From Pseudomonadota bacterium (lineage in GTDB: Bacteria; Bdellovibrionota_F; JAHFAK01; JBDREC01), in the NCBI GenBank assembly GCA_043820105.1, contig JBDREC010000104.1, positions 1-51,059 on the forward strand: DNA of 51,059 bases. The letters are read 5' to 3'. How positions within the stretch are numbered: the first letter of the stretch is position 1; every line of letters begins with the position of its first letter. The notes under the pieces were generated by a model. It did not search any database, had not been told where the DNA came from, and saw nothing but the letters and a program-made list of their open reading frames with translations. The translations under genes were made by a program, and so were the position numbers. Of this stretch, positions 30,036-39,059 are shown piece after piece.

Positions 30036-31118
30036 ATGAACAGAAATAATTTAAAAGCATTTATTTTTTTATTTGCCTTAGCATATTCTTCCCTAATTTA
30101 TTCTCAAAGCGGTGATGATGCATTGTGGGCTTTATTAGGTGAAGTTAACCAAGTATTAGAGCAAGAGCCAGCATTACGAACAGCTGTTATAGAGGCAAAA
30201 GATGAATTTCAAAGAACCAGTATTGATTTGGAATCTGAAGTTGAAGAAGAATTTGATGTTCTATTATGGAATAACCTATTTAATGAACTTGCAACCACAG
30301 GTGAAACTTTCACTTTTGAAGATATAAATACATTATATGAAGAAGAAAATTCACCAGAAACAGTCCAAAGTCCTTCAGACATTTACGAGTTCGCAACAAG
30401 CACTGTTGATAATACAAGCACAGATGAAGCAGAACCAGAAGGCATATCCTATAAAGAAGCCAGGAATATGATTTTCAAAGAATATCTAGATAAAGTGACA
30501 AATAATGATTTTAGAGTAAAATCATTTTACTGGAGATTTGTTTTAAGGCTTGCTGATTTTTTTAATACCTCTTGGAATTGGACCGCGAGAAATATTTATA
30601 AAGAAAATATCGGGCGAGTTTATTCAAGAGACAGGCAATTATTAAAAGTAGAAGCAGAAACATTATATTTAACTAAATATCTTATGAAAAAACATGAAAA
30701 CATGTTGTTCCAGGATGGAAGCATATTATTAGAAGCTGGCTTAGCTGACTTCGCGGAAGTATGGGAAATGCTATTACGAGACGCTGGCTGGGATCCGAGT
30801 GAACTTACAGAGATGAACTTAAATAATTTTGAATCAGTCTATAGTGATGCCATATCAAATCCAAATATTGATATTGAATCTGAAGAACAATCAAATCCAG
30901 ATATAATATGTGAAGAAATAAAAAGTATATTTTTAGAAAAGATAAATAATGGTGAATATGATACTGCATTATATATTGATCTAGCTTTAGAAGAAGATAT
31001 AAGATATTTTATTGATGAAATTCCAGAAGAATATCTTTTATATGAAACTCGTAACATCTTGCTTAGTGACAAAGTAGAACCATTAATTCAAGAAATCATG
31101 TATGAGCTTGGGTATTAA
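30036..31118 (+). CDS. Secreted acidic hypothetical protein
   Basis: Starts 2 bp after the previous stop; signal peptide (IYS|Q); strongly E/D-rich. Confidence 0.75.
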   Translation: MNRNNLKAFIFLFALAYSSLIYSQSGDDALWALLGEVNQVLEQEPALRTAVIEAKDEFQRTSIDLESEVEEEFDVLLWNNLFNELATTGETFTFEDINTLYEEENSPETVQSPSDIYEFATSTVDNTSTDEAEPEGISYKEARNMIFKEYLDKVTNNDFRVKSFYWRFVLRLADFFNTSWNWTARNIYKENIGRVYSRDRQLLKVEAETLYLTKYLMKKHENMLFQDGSILLEAGLADFAEVWEMLLRDAGWDPSELTEMNLNNFESVYSDAISNPNIDIESEEQSNPDIICEEIKSIFLEKINNGEYDTALYIDLALEEDIRYFIDEIPEEYLLYETRNILLSDKVEPLIQEIMYELGY

Positions 31119-31166
31119 CAACATGAAACATAAAGCTGCCTTGCCTTGGCTTGTTTTAAATAATTT

Positions 31167-31192
31167 GAATTGGGACGAAATTATCCCAATTC
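31167..31192. promoter_or_regulatory. Palindrome: operon terminator-like hairpin or activator site
   Basis: GAATTGGGA-CGAAATTA-TCCCAATTC; 48 bp after the operon, ~80-100 bp upstream of the next sigma54 box; no strong U tract. Confidence 0.5.
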
Positions 31193-31268
31193 TATATTAA
31201 CTTACGAATCTTTCAACTCTTATATTGTTTTATTTTAAGCACTTGGAGTGACTTATTCTTTTGCAATT

Positions 31269-31283
31269 AGGCACACATTTTGC
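31269..31283 (+). promoter_or_regulatory. Sigma54 -24/-12 promoter
   Basis: AGGCAC-ACATT-TTGC, 95 bp before ATG 31379. Confidence 0.65.
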
Positions 31284-31378
31284 AATAAAATTAATTATAC
31301 TTGCCTTAAATATAATTTATTAAAAAAAACTTACAGACACCAAAATAAATATTAATATTTTCACTTTGGGAGCAAAAA

Positions 31379-32224
31379 ATGAAACAAACAATTCAAATTA
31401 TTTTGGCAATTCTAATTTTAACAATTTCCTTTTTTAGCACAAGCTATTCAAATGAAAGAATCAGTGATCAAAAGAAGGCAAAGCTTAAAGAGCTCTTTCC
31501 AAATGTCATAACATTTAATGAAGCAATTGATGAAATTTATTTTTTAGAAAGAAAAACTGAAAATGATCAAGAAATAGAATGCTTAAAAACTAATAGCTCT
31601 GATTTGCTTGATTACTATATAACATTTGGCTTAAATTATGTTTACATGGAAGAAGTTGAACCATGGCCCTCTGAAAGAAGTGAAGCAATAAAATCTACAC
31701 AAGATGAGCTTATTGATTTGTCGAAGGCAATCATTTCAAATTCTAGAAGCAATGAAGAAAAGCGTATTATATCTAATATAAATGAAATTTTAGAATTTAC
31801 AGAAAAGGCACATGATCTTACTGTAGCAGAAATTAGAGCTTCAATTGTATATGCTAATTCAATTGAAAACCAAAAGCTAAGATTAAAAATTAGTAAAATT
31901 GTATATTTATATTGGACGATTGTAGCCAAAAAAAATGAACAATTTATTGACCTTTTAGCTGTTGATATAATCAGAAATATTGAATCTAATTTTAATTTTA
32001 ATAAAAAAAGACAAAGCTCAATGGAAGATAAATTATATTCGATAATTAAAGAAAAAAATAATTTTTTAGAAGACTATATTACGATTTTCAATTTAATCTT
32101 ATCTATAGAAAGTTCAGAACAATTTTTAGATATGAGTTTATATGAGTTATTTGAAAGAGCATATAGAGAACAAAAAGGGAATGTAATTTATAAAATAGAA
32201 GAAGAGTTTATTTTGGAAAAATAA
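31379..32224 (+). CDS. Secreted helical hypothetical protein
   Basis: Signal peptide (SYS|N), GGGAG RBS, I/E/K-rich. Confidence 0.7.
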   Translation: MKQTIQIILAILILTISFFSTSYSNERISDQKKAKLKELFPNVITFNEAIDEIYFLERKTENDQEIECLKTNSSDLLDYYITFGLNYVYMEEVEPWPSERSEAIKSTQDELIDLSKAIISNSRSNEEKRIISNINEILEFTEKAHDLTVAEIRASIVYANSIENQKLRLKISKIVYLYWTIVAKKNEQFIDLLAVDIIRNIESNFNFNKKRQSSMEDKLYSIIKEKNNFLEDYITIFNLILSIESSEQFLDMSLYELFERAYREQKGNVIYKIEEEFILEK

Positions 32225-32388
32225 ATGTGCACTAATCAACAGGCTCTCTTGATTATTGCAAATGATATACCTTAATCTTAATTTTAATCTCCTAATCCTA
32301 ATCGTTTTAAAAATAACCAATAATTAATAATTAATGAGAAGAGAAAGAAGGATTTTTATTAATATTAATCATAATTCTAATCAGATGG

Positions 32389-32414
32389 GATCCTGAATCA
32401 AGTTCAGGATGACA
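32389..32414. repeat. REP-type palindrome
   Basis: GATCCTGAATCAAGTTCAGGATGACA (stem ATCCTGAA/TTCAGGAT); resembles a widespread TGTCATCCTGAACTTGATTCAGGATC REP family (recognised from memory). Confidence 0.65.
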
Positions 32415-32417
32415 CGC

Positions 32418-32515
32418 ATCACTTATCACTTATCACTTACCACTTACCACTTACCACTTACGACTTATGACTTATGACTTACCACTTACGACTTACGACT
32501 TACGACTTACCACTT
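32418..32515. repeat. Heptamer tandem tract (AYSACTT)x14
   Basis: 14 units ATCACTT/ACCACTT/ACGACTT/ATGACTT ending at the rpoZ stop codon. Confidence 0.95.
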
Positions 32516-32516
32516 A

Positions 32517-32723
32517 TCATGTAACATCTGGCGGTTCTTTAGCAAGATGCACTTTGTTATCTGCTATCTCACGAAGAGCCATAACAATTGGCTTGTTCTT
32601 TCTGCCAGTAACCAGTGGGATATCTCCTGCTAAAAGCTGTCTTGTACGTTTTGTAGCTAACATTACAAGAGCAAACCTATTTGCAACATGATCCAGACAA
32701 TCTTCAACTGTAACTCGTGCCAT
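32517..32723 (-). CDS. rpoZ: RNA polymerase omega subunit
   Basis: [38 protein letters not shown]. Confidence 0.96.
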   Translation of the reverse strand: MARVTVEDCLDHVANRFALVMLATKRTRQLLAGDIPLVTGRKNKPIVMALREIADNKVHLAKEPPDVT

Positions 32724-32740
32724 TATAAAACCTTTGGTTT

Positions 32741-32773
32741 TAAGTTGTAAGCTGTAAGTGGTAAGTGGTAAGT
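32741..32773. repeat. Heptamer tract (TAAGTGG-like)x5, inverse of 32418-32515
   Basis: TAAGTTG TAAGCTG TAAGTGG TAAGTGG TAAGT. Confidence 0.85.
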
Positions 32774-32809
32774 TTAATTTTACTTCTTAAAACCTAAAGC
32801 TTATAACAT

Positions 32810-33658
32810 TTATTTTAGCAAATCTTGATTATAGCTAATCTTAGCCTTTTTTCTTAAATCTGCAATTAAATTCTTTTCTGATTCTGCTTTTTTGCTTTTA
32901 TTTAACTTACCCTTTATTAAACTCTCAACCTGTTTAATTGGTTTAAGTTGCTTTTCTTCCATTTTTATTATCTGAAAGCCAATTTTGCTTTGAAAAACCG
33001 GACTCATTTCACCCTCAGCCAGCTTTAAGGCTTCTGACCAAAGATTTTTATCAGATCTGCCCATAGAAACCCTTTCAAGCAAACCACCTTTTTTTGCACT
33101 ATGTTTTGCCTCAGATTGCTCTTTGGCAACTTTTTCAAAATCAGCACCTTTTTTAATTTTTTCTAAGATATCTTCACATCTTTTCTTGCTTGCTTGATCT
33201 TTGCCCTTAACAAGAATATGCCTAAGTTTAAGAACATAAAATTCGGGTTTATTTTTTTCATAATAGTTGGCTATTTCATTAGAAGTAATCTCAAATTTTC
33301 GTTGAACTTTTGAGGTAAGATATTTTCTAACGATTGATTTTTGAATGACTTTCTCCTCAGCAACTCCAGCTTTTTTTGCCTCTTGATATAAGAGTTCTTC
33401 ATTAATTAAGGAATCAATAATCTTCATCTTTAAATTATCATCAATAGATAAATTATTTGATAATGCTTTTTTATTTTTAATCATATCAAGCTTTGCATGA
33501 ATCATTGAAGCAGTAATAGCCTTACCATTAACTTCAGCGATAATTTCATCCACCTTTTGCTGATCATGTTTATGTTCATCCCCAGTTTCATGAGCAAAAG
33601 CAACAATAGAAATATTAATCACTATAAGACTTATTATTATCTTAATTATATTCATCAA
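32810..33658 (-). CDS. PpiC/parvulin-type peptidyl-prolyl isomerase (SurA/PrsA-like)
   Basis: Signal peptide, IAEVNGKAIT, LRHILV, GADFEKVAKEQS, SPVFQSKIGFQII. Confidence 0.88.
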   Translation of the reverse strand: MMNIIKIIISLIVINISIVAFAHETGDEHKHDQQKVDEIIAEVNGKAITASMIHAKLDMIKNKKALSNNLSIDDNLKMKIIDSLINEELLYQEAKKAGVAEEKVIQKSIVRKYLTSKVQRKFEITSNEIANYYEKNKPEFYVLKLRHILVKGKDQASKKRCEDILEKIKKGADFEKVAKEQSEAKHSAKKGGLLERVSMGRSDKNLWSEALKLAEGEMSPVFQSKIGFQIIKMEEKQLKPIKQVESLIKGKLNKSKKAESEKNLIADLRKKAKISYNQDLLK

Positions 33659-33662
33659 AACT

Positions 33663-33708
33663 CTTAATCTTAATTCTTAATCTTAATCCTTAATCTTAAT
33701 TCTTAATT
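33663..33708. repeat. CTTAAT(T/C) 6/7-mer tandem tract
   Basis: Seven units immediately upstream of the PPIase start; related degenerate tract at 32271-32303. Confidence 0.85.
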
Positions 33709-33746
33709 TCCAATATCAAGTCAGCAAAGCAAAACCGCTATAACAC

Positions 33747-34058
33747 TTAAGCCGCTTTAGTATCCTTCTTTTCCTCATTCTTTTTTTTCTTCTTCTTATC
33801 ATCTAGCTTAGGTTTTTCATATTTGCTTGCTGCCTTATCTGACAGCTCTTCTTGCTTTTGCGATGGTGGAGGAGAATTTTTCTTTGCGTAATCAGTTGCA
33901 TACCAACCAGAACCCTTTAAGTGAAAGGTCGATTGAGATATCAATTTTTTAGCTTCTGACCCACAATCAGGACACTTCTCTTCTGAATTATCAGTAATTT
34001 TTTTTAACACTTCAAATCTTTTGCCATCTCTGCAGCATTCATATTCATATATTGGCAT
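33747..34058 (-). CDS. FmdB-family zinc ribbon protein
   Basis: MPIYEYEC..G..FE, CPDCG, FHLKGSGWYATDY. Confidence 0.92.
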   Translation of the reverse strand: MPIYEYECCRDGKRFEVLKKITDNSEEKCPDCGSEAKKLISQSTFHLKGSGWYATDYAKKNSPPPSQKQEELSDKAASKYEKPKLDDKKKKKKNEEKKDTKAA

Positions 34059-34150
34059 AATTCAAAACCTCGTAAACACAAACCTTTTATCAAATCGGGT
34101 CTAAATAGCAGAAACAAAGAAAAAATCAACAAAAAAATCCTGAAATTATG

Positions 34151-35059
34151 CTAGTTTAGCATGCTCACATCCTTTTTAATTTGCTCAGTAAGTTCCATAA
34201 AAGAATGAAATTTAACCTCTTCTCTAATAAAGTTTATAAGTTCGATTTTTATTATTTGTCCATAGATTTCTTCATCAAAATCAAGAATATGCGTTTCAAA
34301 GGTAACAATATTATCCTTTACTGTTGGCCTTTTCCCAACATTAACAACTGCTTGGTATTTAAGATCACCTACAAGGCAATTAGCTTTATAAACCCCATAT
34401 TTAGGTAAAAGATAAGTAGTGTAATCAATATTAGCAGTTGGAAAACCAATTTTTCTCCCAATTCCATTGCCACGAATCACTTCTCCTTCTATTGAATAAT
34501 GACGCCCTAAAAACTTTGAAACTTCCTCAATTTTACCATCTTTTAAACAAGTCCTGATTAATGAAGTGCTAAGAACTTCACCTGAAACCTTAAAAGGCTC
34601 AATAATTGTTAGCTTAACCTTTTGGCTCTGGCACCTTGATTCGAGGTAGGCAAGGTCACCTAAGCCCTTAAATCCAAAAGAAAAATCATATCCAACAAAA
34701 AGTTTTTTTACACCGATTCTATTAAACAAAATGTCCTCTAAAAAGGTAGATCTTGATATTTTTGCAAAGTCCTTATTAAAATTTTCTACTATTACAACAT
34801 CAACTCCATAATCAGCCATAAGAGATAATTTTTCTTTTCCTGGAGTCAATACAAAGTTTCTCTTTATTCCTGAAACTATATTTAAGGGGTGTGGTTCAAA
34901 TGTATAAACTATACTTGTTCCCCCTATTTTTTCTTTTGCATCCTGCATTTTTTTAAGAATATCCTGATGTCCCAAATGTATGCCGTCAAAATTTCCAATG
35001 GTCAGGATTGGATGATCAAATTTTGTTTTAATACTTTCAAATCCCTTAATAACCTTCAT
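34151..35059 (-). CDS. ribF: Bifunctional riboflavin kinase/FAD synthetase
   Basis: IGNFDGIHLGH, TFEPHP, VGYDFSFG, GRKIGFPTAN, NVGKRPT, ETHILDF. Confidence 0.96.
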   Translation of the reverse strand: MKVIKGFESIKTKFDHPILTIGNFDGIHLGHQDILKKMQDAKEKIGGTSIVYTFEPHPLNIVSGIKRNFVLTPGKEKLSLMADYGVDVVIVENFNKDFAKISRSTFLEDILFNRIGVKKLFVGYDFSFGFKGLGDLAYLESRCQSQKVKLTIIEPFKVSGEVLSTSLIRTCLKDGKIEEVSKFLGRHYSIEGEVIRGNGIGRKIGFPTANIDYTTYLLPKYGVYKANCLVGDLKYQAVVNVGKRPTVKDNIVTFETHILDFDEEIYGQIIKIELINFIREEVKFHSFMELTEQIKKDVSMLN

Positions 35060-35262
35060 TTAGCCAAAAACTCCTTAATTTGTATAGCTTGAAAATCCCC
35101 ATTAAAATTACTCAAACATCTATCTATCCAAAAACAATTATCTTTTTTTACTTTTTCTTATGTACAATATCAACTTAAAAGCATTAATATTTATTTTTTG
35201 CATTGATTTTTTATATATAAATGTAAAAAATCATTTATTATTAAATTCCAAGAAATGATAAT

Positions 35263-36648
35263 ATGGAAATTAGAAAAAAAATATTACTATACACAATTAT
35301 TTTTGATATTGTAGGTTTTTCATTTGCATGGGTTTTTGCATATATTGCAAGATATCTGCTTAATCCAATTTTTCAAAAACCAATCAACCCCTTTCTACAA
35401 TATATTACAATTCTACCACTTATTCTTATTATTTGGATGCTGATTTTAAAGATGCTTTCATTTTATTCAAGTTTTGACTTTGATACAAGAAGCATTCTTG
35501 AAAGAAATATGAAAATATTCAAAGCTGTTTTAATGGGGATGCTAATTACAATGTCCTTTTCTTTTATGACAAAAGAATACGATTTCGGACGAAGTGTTGT
35601 TTTACTTTTTACAGTGCTAAATTTTATTTTCCTGATTCTTTCAAGAAATATGATAATCAAGAAAGTAAAAGCCTGGGATAAAAAGGGTCTATTAATAAAA
35701 CGATCTATTATTCTTGGTATAAATGAATATGGTATTAGAATTTTGCAAAAACTTGAAGACATGCCAGCTCTTGGATACATTGTTCTTGGCTTTGTTGATG
35801 ATGAAATAGTAGCAGGAAATATTGTCTGCAACAGACCTGTTCTTGGCAAAATGGAAGATTTGAAAAAAATTATCAAAGACAATAATATCAAACATGTTTT
35901 TGCTGCAAATGCTGCCTTTAACAATGAATATCTTTTTAATATTGTGGAAGAATTTGAAGGCAAGGATGTTACTTTTAACATTTTAACATCTATTTTTGAA
36001 ATGCTAAAAAACAATAAGAATGTGCACATGATTGGAGACCTGCCAATAATAACGATCAGACAGCAAATTACTGATTACCAGGTTTATGATGCTACAAAAA
36101 GAATTTTTGATGTATGCGCGTCCTTTATTGGTCTTGTTCTTGCAATACCTATAGCAATCACTGCAATTATATGCATTAAAGCAGATACTAAAGGCAAAGC
36201 TATCATCACACAGGAAAGAGCAGGCTTAAATGGTAAGCTCTTTAAAATGTATAAGTTTCGATCCATGAGAACAAACACTGATCTATATGAAAAAGCACCA
36301 GATAGCGATAGTGATGATAGAATCACAAAAGTGGGTAAGTTCATCCGCAAATATTCAATTGATGAATTACCGCAACTTTTCAATGTATTAATCGGTGATA
36401 TGAGCATCATTGGTCCTCGTCCAGAAATGCCCTTCTTAGTTGAAAAATACCTGCCCTGGCAAAGAAAAAGACTTACAATAAAACCAGGTCTCACAGGTCT
36501 TTGGCAAGTCCTGGGAAGAAAAGATATCCCACTTGATGCAAACTTAGAATATGACTTCTATTATATAAAAAACAGATCCTTTGCCCTGGATTTATCGATA
36601 TTACTAAAAACCATACCAGTGTTAATAATGAGAAAAGGTGCGTATTAA
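35263..36648 (+). CDS. Polyprenyl-phosphate glycosylphosphotransferase (WcaJ/WbaP-type)
   Basis: Four N-terminal TMs, CoA-binding-like domain, KRIFD, KFRSM, SIDELPQL, GPRPE, KPGLTGLWQV. Confidence 0.93.
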   Translation: MEIRKKILLYTIIFDIVGFSFAWVFAYIARYLLNPIFQKPINPFLQYITILPLILIIWMLILKMLSFYSSFDFDTRSILERNMKIFKAVLMGMLITMSFSFMTKEYDFGRSVVLLFTVLNFIFLILSRNMIIKKVKAWDKKGLLIKRSIILGINEYGIRILQKLEDMPALGYIVLGFVDDEIVAGNIVCNRPVLGKMEDLKKIIKDNNIKHVFAANAAFNNEYLFNIVEEFEGKDVTFNILTSIFEMLKNNKNVHMIGDLPIITIRQQITDYQVYDATKRIFDVCASFIGLVLAIPIAITAIICIKADTKGKAIITQERAGLNGKLFKMYKFRSMRTNTDLYEKAPDSDSDDRITKVGKFIRKYSIDELPQLFNVLIGDMSIIGPRPEMPFLVEKYLPWQRKRLTIKPGLTGLWQVLGRKDIPLDANLEYDFYYIKNRSFALDLSILLKTIPVLIMRKGAY

Positions 36649-36678
36649 GTGGTAAATGGCAAGCTGTAAGTGTTAAGG
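36646..36678. repeat. Heptamer tract beginning at the stop codon
   Basis: TAAGTGG TAAATGG CAAGCTG TAAGTGT TAAGG; the first TAA is the stop of the sugar transferase. Confidence 0.75.
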
Positions 36679-36713
36679 CGTTTTGTCAATCCACTCAAAA
36701 AGATTTAGGAATT

Positions 36714-37841
36714 ATGATAAAATTATTAAAAATATATTATTTAAATCTCAGAAAGCTTGTTTTATCGTTTTTAAGCAAATTTGTTAAAAATGCTGAATTA
36801 AGTAAAATTGAGATTAAAAATATTCTTGTTATAAGGCTTGACCGTTTAGGAGATTTGGTTTTGACAACAGGGATATTTGAAATGCTCAGAAAATTATATC
36901 CAAATGCAAAAATACATGCCCTAATTAATGAAAATCTTAAAGATGTCTTAAACAACAATCCATATGTCGATGAAACAATTGGTATAAACCCGTCTTTAAA
37001 GGGATTGCTAAATCTTTTAATACAGAATGAACTAAAAAAGTATAAGTTTGATTTAGCCATTGACTGCCAAGCAAACTACAAACTTTTCCCAGCCATAATT
37101 TGTTTTTTATCAAAAGCAAAGATTCGACTTGGATTCCCAATCTTTGGAAAGGAAGCTTTTTATAATCTTCAATGTACATCATCAACAGACAACAAACACT
37201 TGATTGAGCTAAATCGGGATCTTGTAAATACTGTTTCAATTGATAAATTAGAAACTCAAAGCCCTCCCTGCATTATTGCAGATCCCAAGGCTTTTGATAA
37301 AATTGAAAAGAAACTCAAAGATTTGGGAATAAATAGTAATGACAAAATTCTATGTATTCATCCTGGAGCAACTCATCAAACACAAAGATGGTTTCCACAT
37401 CGCTTTGCAGACCTTGCTCAAAGGCTTTTCAAAGAATTTGACTTAAAACCAATTCTTTTAGTTGGTAAAAATGAAGATATGATTGCACAAGAAATTATCA
37501 AAGAAAGCAAAATAGAAATTAAAATATTAAATAATTTAAAACTTTCAGAGATGATAACGCTTTTTAGAAGATCCAGCCTTTTAGTTTGCAATAATTCTGG
37601 CCCCTTGCATGTAGCAGCTGCTATTGGAACAAAAAACGTCAGTACAATGGGACCAACTATAGAATCAAGATTTAAACCGATTGGCAAGAACTCTTTGTAT
37701 ATTAGAAAAAACCTCTCCTGTTCACCATGTACACTTGTTAAATGCAATCATCATTCTTGCATGAACTTAATCAAAGTTGAAAACATGTATGAAAAATGTG
37801 TTGAGCTATTAAATCCTGAATTGACAAATGAAGATTCTTGA
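36714..37841 (+). CDS. Glycosyltransferase family 9 (LPS heptosyltransferase-like)
   Basis: ILVIRLDRLGDLVL, IHPGA...RW, CNNSGPLHVAAAIG, CSPC. Confidence 0.92.
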   Translation: MIKLLKIYYLNLRKLVLSFLSKFVKNAELSKIEIKNILVIRLDRLGDLVLTTGIFEMLRKLYPNAKIHALINENLKDVLNNNPYVDETIGINPSLKGLLNLLIQNELKKYKFDLAIDCQANYKLFPAIICFLSKAKIRLGFPIFGKEAFYNLQCTSSTDNKHLIELNRDLVNTVSIDKLETQSPPCIIADPKAFDKIEKKLKDLGINSNDKILCIHPGATHQTQRWFPHRFADLAQRLFKEFDLKPILLVGKNEDMIAQEIIKESKIEIKILNNLKLSEMITLFRRSSLLVCNNSGPLHVAAAIGTKNVSTMGPTIESRFKPIGKNSLYIRKNLSCSPCTLVKCNHHSCMNLIKVENMYEKCVELLNPELTNEDS

Positions 37842-37930
37842 ATACCTATTAAGCTTGATTTATTTTCTATAATTATTGATAATTTTGAACATATTATTTA
37901 GGTATTTATCTATTCAATATCAGTAATTTC

Positions 37931-37965
37931 ACTGAATACTGAATACCAAATACTAAATACTAATT
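37931..37965. repeat. Heptamer tract (ACTRAAT-like)x5
   Basis: ACTGAAT ACTGAAT ACCAAAT ACTAAAT ACTAATT; degenerate inverted partner at ~37895-37925. Confidence 0.75.
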
Positions 37966-37990
37966 TATTAATTCCATATATGGATAAAAA

Positions 37991-38419
37991 ATGGCTTTTG
38001 AATATTTAATAAAAGTCTTTCAAAACTCAAAACTTTTTCATGGCATTTCTCTTGATACCATTAAAGATATTGTCTCAAAGCTTCGGATTAAAAGAGTTGT
38101 TGAGGGAACGGTTATAATTAAAGAAGGCAAGTCAGCGGATAAATTTTATATTATTAGAAATGGCAAAGTAGCTGTACGAAAGAAAATTGGTTTCTTTCGC
38201 AAGAAAACAATTGCTCATTTATATAATGGGGACTGTTTTGGAGAAATGGCGCTAGTAGAAGACAGACCCAGAAATGCAACAGTTGTAGCAGAAGAATACA
38301 CAGAATTATTTACCTTGGACAAAACTGCATTTGATTCAATAATTATGACTCATCCAGAATTAAAGAAAAATATTGAATATATAATCAATGAAAGAAAGAA
38401 CGGCAAATCCCAATATTAG
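37991..38419 (+). CDS. Stand-alone cyclic nucleotide-binding domain protein
   Basis: IIKEG..ADKFYII..G.V, GDCFGEMAL...PRNATV. Confidence 0.9.
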   Translation: MAFEYLIKVFQNSKLFHGISLDTIKDIVSKLRIKRVVEGTVIIKEGKSADKFYIIRNGKVAVRKKIGFFRKKTIAHLYNGDCFGEMALVEDRPRNATVVAEEYTELFTLDKTAFDSIIMTHPELKKNIEYIINERKNGKSQY

Positions 38420-39054
38420 AAGATAGCTAAAAGCTCTTCTTCAGAGATTGCGCCTGGTCTAACAATATCAATATCATTACCCTTAAAGTCAACAATAGTT
38501 GAAGCATATTTCCTCAGAAGATCACCATCATCAATTAACACACTAATAATCCTTGAAAAGTTTTTTTTAATTGATGCAATTGAAGTTGATCCAACTTTAC
38601 CAGTTAAGTTCGCGCTTGTTATAAAAAGTGGCTTATTATAAGAGCTTAAAATCCTTTTTACTAAACTTTCAGTAGGAATCCTTACCCCGATTTTTCCAGT
38701 GCCACCAGTAATTGCTTTTGCAACGTTTTTTGAATAATTATCAGACAAGGGTAATCTAATGGTAACAGGCTTATCCCAGGAATGTCTTATTAGTTTTATG
38801 CATTTTTCTGAAACCTCCTTTGCCACTTTGTTTAAATATGATTCATCTGGAATAAACATTAATGATGGCTTTTTTGACACCCTTCTTTTTGCTTGTAGAA
38901 GATACATAATCGCATCTTCCGAGCATCCATTTACTGCTAACCTATATGTATTGTCTGATGGCAGGCAAACAACTCCATCATTTTCCAAAACATCAATCAC
39001 TTCTTTTAAAACTTCTGACTTATTAAGCACATCATCCTTTAATACAACATTCAT
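38416..39054 (-). CDS. TsaC/Sua5/YrdC-family protein
   Basis: PSDNTY, KRR, IGVRIP, TSANLTG, STIVD, RPGAI; start MNVVLK at 39054 avoids overlap with prmA. Confidence 0.85.
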   Translation of the reverse strand: MNVVLKDDVLNKSEVLKEVIDVLENDGVVCLPSDNTYRLAVNGCSEDAIMYLLQAKRRVSKKPSLMFIPDESYLNKVAKEVSEKCIKLIRHSWDKPVTIRLPLSDNYSKNVAKAITGGTGKIGVRIPTESLVKRILSSYNKPLFITSANLTGKVGSTSIASIKKNFSRIISVLIDDGDLLRKYASTIVDFKGNDIDIVRPGAISEEELLAIF

Positions 39055-39059
39055 TCTAA

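Noticed and set aside
23124..32224. Prophage, contractile injection system or T6SS interpretation of the large ORFan cluster
   Set aside because: No capsid, tail, sheath, VgrG, PAAR or integrase motifs recognised, and all proteins carry Sec-type signal peptides
32418..32515. Possible CRISPR array, or the + strand ORF 32467-32691 (MTYDLPLTTYDLRL...)
   Set aside because: Period is 7 nt with no unique spacers and no cas genes; the ORF is a translation of the repeat running antisense to rpoZ
35463..37747. Several 60-190 aa minus-strand ORFs over the sugar transferase and GT9 genes, and similar short overlaps elsewhere in the ORF track
   Set aside because: Fully antisense or out-of-frame to well-supported genes, with no motifs or RBS
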